Shown one piece after another: positions 36,991 to 48,229 of a DNA stretch of 64,000 nucleotides. Source of the DNA: Pelomyxa schiedti (taxonomy: Eukaryota; Protista; Evosea); contig JAHLWZ010000721.1 of NCBI GenBank assembly GCA_020536535.1, forward strand, positions 1-64,000, in the 5' to 3' direction. Every line of letters starts with the position of its first letter. Positions within the stretch are counted from its first letter, which is position 1. Position numbers and translations under genes: made by a program. Below the pieces are notes generated by a model that saw nothing but the letters and a program-made list of their open reading frames with translations, was not told the DNA's origin and searched no databases.

Positions 36991-39900
36991 ATGAGCAACC
37001 CCTTTGATGACGACGACGTTACGCCGCCCCCCAAGACCGTGGGTTCGATCCCCAGCGGCACCGGTTTGGGTTTGTTCAGGCAGCTCCAGCCGACAAAGCC
37101 CGCAGCAGCACCCACCTCGCAGCCTCCCACAATCCCAAAGCAGCAACCGCCTCCCAAAGTCACAACCACAACAGCCCCCTCCCAGTCCCTCAACCCCTTC
37201 GACGACGACTCCGACACCTCTGCCGTTTCTGTATCTGTACCAGCTTCTACTTACGGCGGCGCCTCTTCGACTCCCCAATCGTCACAACAACAGCAGCAGC
37301 CAAAGAAATTCATGCCCTCCGTGGTTCCTTCTTCCGTGGGCACCAAGTTGGCTCCTCAGCCTTCCTCCTCCTCGTCGTCTGCGTCCTCTTCGTTGAACCC
37401 ATTTGATGACGATCCTCAGCCGGTTCCCGTAACTGCTAAACCTGCTGCTATTGCTCCAAGTGCTACAATTAGCACAACTAAAAATACCCCAATCCCTTCA
37501 TCAGTGCAACACACTCCTTCTTCTAATCCTTTTGATGATGACACACCCTCTGAAGCAACTGTGACTCCTCAGGTGACAAAAACCACCACTTCTAACCCAT
37601 TTGAGGATGAAGAAAGTGACCCACCAGAACGAATTTCTGCTGCACCAATAAGACCCGTTCCAGCCAGAGTGAACCCTGGAGTTCAATTATCATTAACACC
37701 TTCCAACACAACATCAAAACCAACTGTTACATCACAACAACCTCTAGTCACCACTAAAACCGCAACATCAGGTCCGCCACTGGTAATTCGTCCAACACCT
37801 TTATCAACTACAAAGACTCCAACAGAGGTCAATAAAACTACAACAAGCTTTCCAAAAGGAGCTTCCACTTCCTCTCTTCCTTATCCACCACCTGCTCTCT
37901 CTCCCCCAGGAAACTACACATCATCTGTATCTCCTAATATCACCACTACAACACATTCTCCACAGGCTTCGACTGTACCGAGCACAACTACAAACACAAT
38001 CAAAACCTCAACTTCCACTTCCACTACACCAACCGTAACCAAGGATCCAACTGGTGCCACTAAGGAAGTTGTCACTGTGAACGAAGGCCTACGTGGTGAA
38101 GAACTGGTTGCTGTCATCATTAACCAAATAGGACTACTTGACGATTTATTCTCTTCTTCGCGTTTCAAAAGAAACACCGGTAGAGCATCTCCGGCAATTC
38201 CTGTAGTACCGAACTCCACCACACCTGGGGCAACTCCCAAAGATTCCAACTATACACAGTGGCGTCTTGCACTCATGAATAACGCCTCCACCAAGGGATT
38301 GATTTCGACGGAGGTAGGCGTTTGAATTGAATGTTTTCTGTTAATTCAGTAACTTGCAGGGGATTAAAGATAGAAGGAACCACTATCTAAGATTCAGGGA
38401 ACAGCTGCTTGTCAACAAATTTGGCAGGTCTCAATTTGATTTATTCTTTCTCTCCAACTTGCTTATAGACCTGATATTCGAAATCCCACTGTTGAAAAAC
38501 CCCTACCTAATCCACTGCCAATGACACCCTCTCCTGTACACACATCTGCCACTGCTACACCATCAAAGCCTACAGGGAGACCAAGAGCATCCACAGTTGG
38601 TGGGGAAATTCTTCCTGTAAATCGACAGGTTTTTTTAGGCCTCCTTTTTATTTTTTCATGGTCACATTCCCATAGAGTTGGACAAAGAAAACGGCTGGAA
38701 CAGTATATGCGTTTGCTGGAGTGCATCATATATTTACCTGTCATTCTCGGGCAGGTACGTTAACTCCAGTGAGCATTTTGGATGTTTGCCTTAAAGATTG
38801 GTTTTAGTGAAGGTAATAAAATTTGCTAATGATGACCGGGACCTGTTGGCGTTTGCCTCGGATGACGGCACCATATCAGTGTGCTCAGTTCTGACAAACC
38901 CAACTTGTCTCAAAACGCTCTCTGGGCACACACAATCTGTCACCGGTAGAAATTCGGTACAATAAGTACTTCATTAACTCACAAATAGATTTTGATTGGG
39001 GAATGACAAACGATACTATTGTTTCAACTTCTGCTGATAAATCATTGCGAATCTGGGTCGTGGCAGAGTGAGCAATGTGTTTCCCTGTTTTTGTTGTTTG
39101 CTGACATAGTGTTAGTGGAAGCTGCCCTCGCATCATCCCTGACAAAGAAATATGTTGGTGCTGCCGATATTTGCCAACAAACGGCAATATTGTCATTGTG
39201 TGTACCCTCCACTCAGCCTTTCTATGTGATGCAATTCTTATTTGCTTTATCTTTTCCTTGGTTTTTTTCCCTGCTGTTTTTGATAACTTTTTTCTTCCCT
39301 TGATTTTATGAGTGCTTGTTTATTCAGTTTTCTGTGGTGTTAATTGTGTGGGTTCTCCCCTTTCCTCTTGGTGTAGTATGGAACAGGACCACAAAACAGC
39401 TTACAAGGAAGCTTAATTGCTGTTAACGCAAGCACTGGTAGGACAGTTGGACTACTCAAAACAAAAGCTTCCGTACTCTGCATGACATTTGATGGAACTG
39501 GATCCTATCTCTTTGTGGGAGACAGCAAAGTACGTTACAATCCACCTTGTCCATATAACCCACATTACACTCAGGGAATTGTGACAACACTCCGAGTTCA
39601 CGGATCTGGGCCAAATTTCTTCGAACCTCTGCGAACAAGCAACGTTGTTTCACCCCCACATAGTTTGCAGTTCAAAGGATGGACAACTAACAACACTTAT
39701 GAGCCTACGCTGTTGGCCTGCTGCCTAGATAATTCTGTGCGATTTTTAGGGTAAAACCTTCTCAAACAAGTTGCCTGTGCCACCTAAAAATATTACAGTT
39801 GTGGGCCAAACGTTCTTGGGACATTCACAACAAAGAACAAATTCGTAGTCAGAAGCGGAAACAACCGCATCCGCGCTTCGTTCTGTCCTTTGATATCCAA

Positions 39901-40214
39901 GTAAATGCCTGTTAATCTTATAACACAAAACCTTATGTGCACATAAGGGACACTGCATGCATCGTGTGCGGGAGTGAAGATTCTTCTGTATACATCTTCG
40001 ATCTGTTAAGGTATTCCAAAGGAGCTACAGACGGCTTTCACCTCTCTAACATGTCACCAACAGAAGTGACAACAAGCCCATCAACAAGTTACAAGGTCAT
40101 TCTGGTGTTGTTTTTGATGTGTGCTGGTCATATGATGAAACAATGCTAGCATCATGTGACCAAGAGGGCACAGTATTTGTCTGGAAAAGAGTCCTACAAC
40201 CCTCAGAAGCCTAA
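36991..40214 (+). CDS. WDR13: WDR13-like WD40 protein with a long NPF-motif-containing disordered N-terminus
   Basis: YAFAGVHHIF..H, KFANDDRDLLAFASDDG, GHTQSVTDFDW, IRASFCPLI, IVCGSEDSSVYIFD, VWKR. Five NPF[DE]D[DE] motifs in exon 1. Confidence 0.85.
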
Positions 40215-40674
40215 AAGGTCCCTGAATTCTATTGCTTAGCACCACAACAAACAAAAAGACAAAAAACATGCACACAACCAAACAAGCGGAAAAAGAAAAA
40301 TCCACCCCCCCAAGACAAGCATGTACCCCCGGAACTACTAATCCAACTTGGCTGCAGGGGGATTTCTCGTGTGTCCATTCCACTGCCAAGAAGCGGGGAA
40401 ACAAATTATGGCAACGAAAAAGCAAGGAAACCGCCGGCGTCGGGTCCCGCCACGTTCGCGAAAATCGTTCTGCTGTCTTTGAAGAAATCAAAATCTTGTA
40501 TTCCCTTTTTGAGTGAAAGTGATATTTGGCCAGTTACTGCCGAAAACTACAATTACAAAGGACGCAAGGAAAAATTAAAAAAAAACCTTGGAAAAGCAGT
40601 ACGGTGGCGGGCGCACGAAGTCACGTGTCCGTAAAGAAATTAAACGAGGGCCACTACTAATCTGTGAGTGTGAG

Positions 40675-43600
40675 ATGGTGCAGAGCCGGAGGTGCGACAG
40701 ATGGCAATGCGGATCTGGCGATTGTGGTCGCCGAGCGAGATCTGTGGGGGTAACTTGTTTGGGCCGGATCTTGGCGAGATCGCTGTTTGCTGTTTGTTGC
40801 GTGTTGGGGTTCGCTCTGTCTGTTGGCGGTAAGGTTTGCAGTCAAAAGACACCTGTGAAAGTGCAGTTGCACTGGACAGCACAAGCGCAGTTTGCTGGTT
40901 ACTATGCTGCACAGGCGCGTTTGTCTCCATTCCAATGTTCAGTTTTAAATTAGATTTTTTTTTTTTTTTTTAAATGCAGATTGCTTCCTCCTAATATGAT
41001 GATATAGGCCCTGGGGTACTTTTCCGACGAGTGCCTTGATGCCAAGATTATTGCTGGTGGCCCTGGCTTTGATCCTGTTGTGGAACTAACAAGTGGAAGA
41101 GCACAGTTTGCGAATCTCTGGGCTGGAGCAGTCATTGGTGCTCGGGAAGCTAATATTCCTTTGGTGGTCGTGAGCCAATTATGGCAGAGTACCAGTTTGA
41201 CATGTGTTTCCTTAAAAACTTCAGGCATAAGTAATCCTACTCTATGGCCAGGCCACAAAGTCGGCGTATGGGATGTAACTGGACTGCCCACTGAGGTATG
41301 AACTCTTATTCCTGTTAACGGTTTTTTCTGACTCTCACTGTAGGTTCGAGCTCTGGCCCTCTCACAAGGGGTCCAACTTTCTGAATACGACGAAGAAATT
41401 CAGCCTTTCAATGTTCTGCCACTCTTTGACAAAAGTCTTGATGTAATTTCTGCCATGACCTACAACGAACTGTCATTAGTTTTTGAGACAATCAACCCAG
41501 ACACTGAAGACCTATGGTCCAAGGACGATCTGTACATTGTCTCTCCTGCCGACAGTGGTGTTGTCATTGTGGAGGATGGTGTTGCAGTTACAGAAGAATT
41601 TCTTGAAAATAACTCCACCATTGTTGAGGCTTTCTTGCGGGGACTCACTAAGGGATGGCTGGCCTGCAGAGAAACACCCGAGTACTGTGTAGGGCTGCTT
41701 CCTATCTCTGATGATCACCAAAGATGGATGATGAATGAAGTCAACCATATGCTGTGGTTGCACCCAGGGAGTCCCTTTGGAATTCCTACGGAAGCAGCCT
41801 GGAATAGCTCTCTTGTTCTGACGCACAGCATTGGTGCTCAAAATAATTCAATTTCAGACCCCATCTACACCAGAGCCATTAACACTACTATCCAAAGGAA
41901 CGTGGATGCAATATTGAGTACAGAAGGCTATGATGTATACGGCGAGAATTACACTTATACTCAATATAAGTGGTGTCTAAAATGTGGAGGTGACAAAGCA
42001 GAATTGTGTGCAATCGATAAAACCAATGGGACAATATCAACAGAGATTATTGTGGCTATTGTTGTCCCTTTTGCTGTGACGGGAGTTGTTGTCACAATTG
42101 TGCTCGTTGCACTGCTTCACAAACTTAAGAAGATTCACAACAGAGTTCAGCAACTAGAACTGGAAATTGATAAGCGTGCTTGCTTCAGTGTTGTTGGTGC
42201 TCCTGCTCAGCAGGCAATAGACACACTGCTCAAATTAAAGAGGAAGAGATTTCTAAAAGACTCTGATCACTGTGAACTGTCACGGGTGGTCTCACTTATT
42301 GCCAGCAATAGACTTTACAACTCAGACATGCTCCACCAAGCCCTCCAGAACAACAAGGTTGACTCAGATGTTGATGCCTTTCTGGTGGACCTTTTGGTGA
42401 AGCATGATACTGTAATTGCCAATGTTGTACGGAGTGACACAGCCAGCAGTGTCATGACAATTCTTAACGAGGCTGACCCCACTCTGTCAACGCAGCGACT
42501 ATTCAGAAGTCCTCCAGTGGTCGCTGTTGATGCCTCTTCTAGTGCACTAGCCATTTGCGGTAACAGCGGATGGGATTTTGACATCTTCTCTATGGCGCCG
42601 AATACAATGTTCTCACGTATGAAACTTAATCCTTGTGCGGTTTTTTACTTATCAACAGCATTCGAAATGATTGGATTGGCATTATTGGAAGAGTTTGGAC
42701 TGGTGGCGCATTTCAAGTTGGACGTGAGACTTCTCATATCATTTTTCAGGCGAATTTATTCTGGGTATTGTGCCACAAATCCCTACCACAATGCTCTCCA
42801 TGCTGCTGATGTTGCCCAAGTACTTCTCAAAAAAATGGAAATGTCGGGCTGATCTCCTTTTTAGGGAATGGGGGTACTACTACGACAATATCAGAATGAG
42901 TGCCAAGCCCAACTTGACTCTCAAAGCATGCTTACCCCAATTGAACTTTTGAGTGCGGTGATTGCCTCTCTGATTCATGATTACGGGCACCCAGGTATGA
43001 ACCTTCCTTAAGAAATGCAGTCTCACTCTCCCCAGGCCTAAATAATAACTTTATGACTGCAACTATGCATGAAATAGCCCTCAGGTATTCTCAATATGCG
43101 GTAGTCTCTCAACTCATGTGTATAGATACAACCTTCTTTCTCCACTGGAAAATATGCACGTTTCTGAGTCACTTCAGATTTTACTCAGGTTCATTTGGTC
43201 TTTTTGTGCTTTTAAGAACCAACAAGTTGCCAAACAGATCTGAAAATAACTTTTTGGCCCAGATTCCGAAAGAGGAATACTTAGAGTTTCATAGAAACGT
43301 TGTAACTCTAGTCCTTGCGACAGACATGACAAGACACATAGAAATTACTGGACAGTTTACAGCCAAACTCTCTGCTGCGGGAAATACGGGAGAGAGGTTC
43401 GTGCCACTGTTATTCCCTCCCACTCACCTGTTCCCAGAATGCTGAAATCAAAGGTTGACCACCTGTTGTACCTTCAAATACTCCTCAAGTACGCGGACAT
43501 CTCGGCTCCCTCCAGAAAATGGAACATATGTGAACGTTGGGCCTATTGTGTCCGCGACGAATTCTTTGCCCAAGGGGACCGGGAGCGTGCTCTCGGGCTT

Positions 43601-43813
43601 CCTGTGAGCCCCTGTATGGACAGGACTAACACTAACTGGGCCAAGTGCCAGTCATCATTCCTCAAGTATGTGGTGATACCTCTGAGTGAGGCGGTGTCAA
43701 AGATAGTGGACACAAACTCGATGAAAATCGATAGCAACCTCTCCGACAACTACCAAAACTGGGCGTCACTGGAGACACGGAACTCCACAGCAGGAGACAC
43801 CAAGATTGTATGA
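40675..43813 (+). CDS. Receptor-like class I cyclic nucleotide phosphodiesterase: signal/anchor + NMT1/THI5-type solute-binding domain + TM + PDEase_I
   Basis: VQLHWTAQAQFAGYYAAQALGYF...IIAGGPG, KVGVW, AMTYNE (ThiY/NMT1-like SBP); TM IIVAIVVPFAVTGVVVTIVLVALL; PDE motifs YHNALHAADV, HDYGHPG, LATDM, ADIS, EFFAQGDRERALG. Confidence 0.9.
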
Positions 43814-44253
43814 AACAATCAATTTTGACATCATACCACCCCACTGCATATTATCACATCAAGAACCACACACCAGTATGGTGCACCAAACAACGTGCTC
43901 CGTATGTAGCAACCTCACTTATGTAATCATAAGTACATGAAAAACCAACTCGGAACAGATTTTCTAGTTTTTTTTTCCCCTGTTGATTTCCAACAACACG
44001 GTGAAGCGTGCCGGGGTCTCAAAAAAACCGTGAAAGTGTGGTGATGATTCTTCATCGGTTTGTATTGTCGCTTGTGAGGGTGTTTGTGGGAGCTCCGCGG
44101 TTCCTTGTCCTAGGGTCTAGTCACTGTGAGAAAGCCCGGCAAACCTCTGGGCGTTTGGGAAATTCCATATTTCCCCGCCTTTCACTTCGACGACTTACAG
44201 AAAACAAAGACAAACATTTTTTTAAAAAAGAAGGCACCACCTCAAGATCCGAC

Positions 44254-45366
44254 ATGTCCGCAGACTACGACTACATCTTGTTGGGACGGAAGAACTGGCG
44301 TCCTCATGCCGTGCGGGAAGATATCTTTGCAGAGTTGCCGTACCCCTCAGAAGTGTATGTCCAGTCCCCGCTCATCTCCATCTCCTTTCTGCACACTGAT
44401 GTCCGCAGGGAGGAAATAGACCGTCGCGCGAAAAACTTGGTTTGGTACAAATTCAAATCATTAGAATTGCTCAACCACACGCTACATCATCCCGCTGCCG
44501 CTCGTTTGCGCCTCGAGATTGCCACGGATTATTCTAAGAAATGGAAGAAGTACATGGTGAAAGCAGGATTGGGACTATACAAAGACCCTGCCAATACTAC
44601 TACATCACACCAAGTGCCTGCCCCTTCACCAGCGCCTCTTATTTGTTCAACCTCACAGCAGCTTAAAGACGCCCCTGCCACTGTTTTACCACCTGCCTAC
44701 ACAGACACTACTGGTCACGAACCTCCAAAGAGTTATGGTTGTTCCACAAACCAAGATGTAGTGACTACCTCAACTCCGTCGACAACCTTTGCAGAACCAA
44801 CAAGAAGTGGTCCTGATGTCACCTTTGGGATTGATGATTCCACCAAGTTGACACATTCTAGTTGTGAACCACCCTTGGCTGGGCGTAAAAGGAAGATGTG
44901 CACACTAGATTCACATTCCTCTCGGGAACTGGAAGGAGAAGAGCCAGGAAAGGGATCCTCAGCATCGCACTATGTGGTGTCCACTTCACAAGTCAGAGTA
45001 ACCCCTGCACCCACCCCAACCCAGCTGCTATCACGTGGCGAAGTACTTGCAAAATCTGGTGCCCCTCACCTTGCTCCTACACCAAACAAAAACATTGAGG
45101 CTATGTCCGGCACTGAGGTTTCCTGTGGATTTACTGAGGATCCCACAGTCAGGGTCGTTGAAGCAGGTTATTGTTTGTCACCTGTATTTGGAGTTCTAAT
45201 TTGTACCATAGCTCAATTCCCTCAAATTTCTCCTGAAGTAAACACTTATGCTGTGACAGGCACTGATCCCGCACCCTCCGCAGTTGCTACCCATGGTATC
45301 ATAGTAGGTTATTGGGATGGTCCCCTACTACACCCACCAGAACCGCTTATAGAAGAGCAGGAATAA
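44254..45366 (+). CDS. Hypothetical protein, single exon
   Basis: 370-codon ORF from MSADYDY; helical-looking N-terminal 110 aa followed by a Pro/Thr/Ser-rich region. Confidence 0.65.
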   Translation: MSADYDYILLGRKNWRPHAVREDIFAELPYPSEVYVQSPLISISFLHTDVRREEIDRRAKNLVWYKFKSLELLNHTLHHPAAARLRLEIATDYSKKWKKYMVKAGLGLYKDPANTTTSHQVPAPSPAPLICSTSQQLKDAPATVLPPAYTDTTGHEPPKSYGCSTNQDVVTTSTPSTTFAEPTRSGPDVTFGIDDSTKLTHSSCEPPLAGRKRKMCTLDSHSSRELEGEEPGKGSSASHYVVSTSQVRVTPAPTPTQLLSRGEVLAKSGAPHLAPTPNKNIEAMSGTEVSCGFTEDPTVRVVEAGYCLSPVFGVLICTIAQFPQISPEVNTYAVTGTDPAPSAVATHGIIVGYWDGPLLHPPEPLIEEQE

Positions 45367-45612
45367 CCTTGGCACCAACCTCCACTCCTGGCTTTGTTGT
45401 AAGACTTCAACGTTCAAATTTTTTTTGGAATTGGAACTTGAAGAATTGGCAAGTTCTTTCCCACCAGCCTACCTTCTTTCTTAATGCCCACTCTCTGAGA
45501 ACAGAGAACCCTTCGTTCCAACAAGGAAATCTTTTTACGATTGGAAGATAAACAAAAATCAAAGCCGCCTTTTGAGATCGTAGTTGCGTATCGTAAAGAG
45601 GGGAGTGAAAAG

Positions 45613-47961
45613 ATGGAGGTGGATTCGACGGAGTTGTTGGTGTTACTCTCGTCGTTGGTTTTGTTGTTCGCCATCCTCCTCGTTATCCTCACCAGTTCAT
45701 GGAAAGTGCTTCACGTATTGCATGGTGCGGGCCAGTTATCCCTATACTTCTTTCCCTGAGAGGTTTCTTCGTTATTTTCCTTACTATGTCCCAAAAAAGA
45801 GTCTGGGGCGGTACTTATATTTGGGGTACTCATTGGCGTGATTACGTGGCTGGTGTGCATAGAAGATATACCTTTTATTTTGTTTCTCTTAATTGTCATG
45901 TCTGATGTTGTCTTAACGCTATTGAGTTAATAGATTGCAAACTTTCCACCCTACTACCAAATTCCTATATTGATGCCTTCAGCTATAAGAGAAATGTTTT
46001 ATGTCATTTTACTCCCTTGTATCATCTTTAATGCTGGTATGCAATTCTTTGAATAATCCCCTTGAGGTAATTCTCTACAGGTTTTTCAATGAAAAAAAGA
46101 AATTTTTTCAAGAATATTGTATCTATTCTGACCTATGCAGTTTTTGGCATGTTTATGTTGTGTTTCCTGTAATTTTTTTGTGGGTTATTCTTTTTTCACC
46201 TGGAACCTAACCTTTACCAGGAACTATTGTATCTTGTGCCACCTTTGGTGGTGTACTTTATGGGCTAGGATATGCAGGCTGGATACCAAGTGCAAACAAT
46301 TTTATTGAGTGCATGTTATTTGGTGCTTTAATGTCTGCTACTGATCCAGTTGCAACACTCGCACTTTTTTTAGTAGTATTTTCAACCTTTGTTGGAAGTT
46401 AATCCTGTTCTCAGGAGCTAAATGTAGACCCCTTACTTTATTCACTTGTATTTGGTGAAAGTGTTCTAAATGATGCAATTGCCATTGTGCTTTTTAGGTT
46501 CAAAGTACCTGCTCATTCTCCAAGTAACCCAATTTCAGAACTCTTTCTGGGTTCATTGGAGTGGAGATTGACGCCATGATTCTTCCCAAAATTGTAGTCT
46601 CATTTCTAATTATTTCTCTGGGATCTCTTGCTGTTGGCGTAGGAATAGGATTTTTTTCTGCTTTTGTGAGTAGAAGTATTTTTTTTTCGTTTGTCTCTAA
46701 CTGGCCAAGGTGATGAACAAATTCAGACATCTTTCTCTGTCACCTACTTTTGAAATGACATTAGTTGTATTTTGGGCTTATATATCATACCTGTTGGCTG
46801 ATGTCATCCATTTATCTGGCATTTTAGCATTATTTGTTGTGGCTATTCTATCTAGTCACTATCATTGGTCTTTTCCTTATTATTTACATAGTTTAATTTA
46901 CCGATTCAATAGGTATTCAATAGCCCGCACTTCGAGAATAACACTATTTTATGTAGCTGGGTACTCCTCTTTTATCCAACATTGTTTAGTCTCACCAAAG
47001 CAGAGCAGTCTCATTCGTTGCTGAAACGGCAGTCTTTTTATCTCTGGGACTCAGTCTCTTTGAGACAGATGACCCTTTTAACAGCGAAGAATGGGACTTT
47101 TTATATATACTTGCCTCATTGGTAACCCACCTACCTTCAGTCTTGATTCCTGTGTTTACGCTCAAATAAGCTTCTGTGTTTCATCAGCCGGGCAGCAAAT
47201 GTCATCCCTCTATCCCTTCTATTGAATCTCTTCCGAAAACAGAAAATACCTTTGAAGCACATTGTAGTTCTGTGGTTTGCAGGTTCCACGTTAATGCTGT
47301 TCCGTTTTTTTTTTTTTAATTCAAGAAATTCCAGGTCTCAGAGGAGCAATTGCACTTATTTTGGCTCTTAGTTTAACAACCCCTCATGCAAGGTTGATAA
47401 CAAATACTACCTACGTTATAGTGCTATTCACCAATCTGGGAATAGGGTGAGCCCATTTATTTACACCATAATTACCAACTAAAACGCTTGGCAGCATAGC
47501 TACAAAGCCGCTTCTTTTGATCCTGAAAATCGAAGCCGGCGGAGATGTAGCCTTCAACGTCCGCGATCCCGAAGTCGACCCGGTACGCGAAATCTCATCC
47601 AAAACTCCCAAAACTCACCAGAGGTCTCTCTCCGTACTTAGCAATCTCTAACCAACGATGATGCCACGGGATCCGCGGCCAGATTATCACAACCACTGAT
47701 CACTCGTACACAACACAAATCCAGGCTCCACGACGCCTGGCGAGCCTTTGATGACAAGTAAGTCGAAAATCCCGCAGCCACAGCCACCCAATTTTTATCC
47801 CATAACTTACCAACACCTTCAGGTTCCTCAAGCCCATGTTTGGTGGGAAGCGAGCCGACGTCGAAGGCTCAATCAATGTTGACCGTGAATATGACCCAAG
47901 TATCACATCACGCACTGTCCGCACACTCAGAGACACAACATACTCTGAGATACGGTTTTGA
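45613..47961 (+). CDS. Na+/H+ exchanger, CPA1, organellar NHE/NHX type
   Basis: LLPCIIFNAG, FGALMSATDPVATLA, LYSLVFGESVLNDAIAIVL, SYLLADVIHLSGILALF, WFAGLRGAIA. Confidence 0.92.
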
Positions 47962-48229
47962 AATAGAAACAACAACAACAACAACACATGTCACTCCTCA
48001 GTCTACGTGTTTGTGCTATGTGTGTTTGATCTTCTATGAAGTCGTCTTGCAAAACCATATGCCGATAAGCAACTGCCCATCTGGCTTCATCGGGGAAATT
48101 TTTAACGAAAACAACGGAAACAAGGAAAAAACAAGAAAAAAGCCAAAAAAGTTGGTGGTTGTGTGAGAAGATCCAAAGGGGCGGTGGTTTGGTGGTGTCG
48201 TGTCATTCATTGTTGTTCGGATCTCGGGA

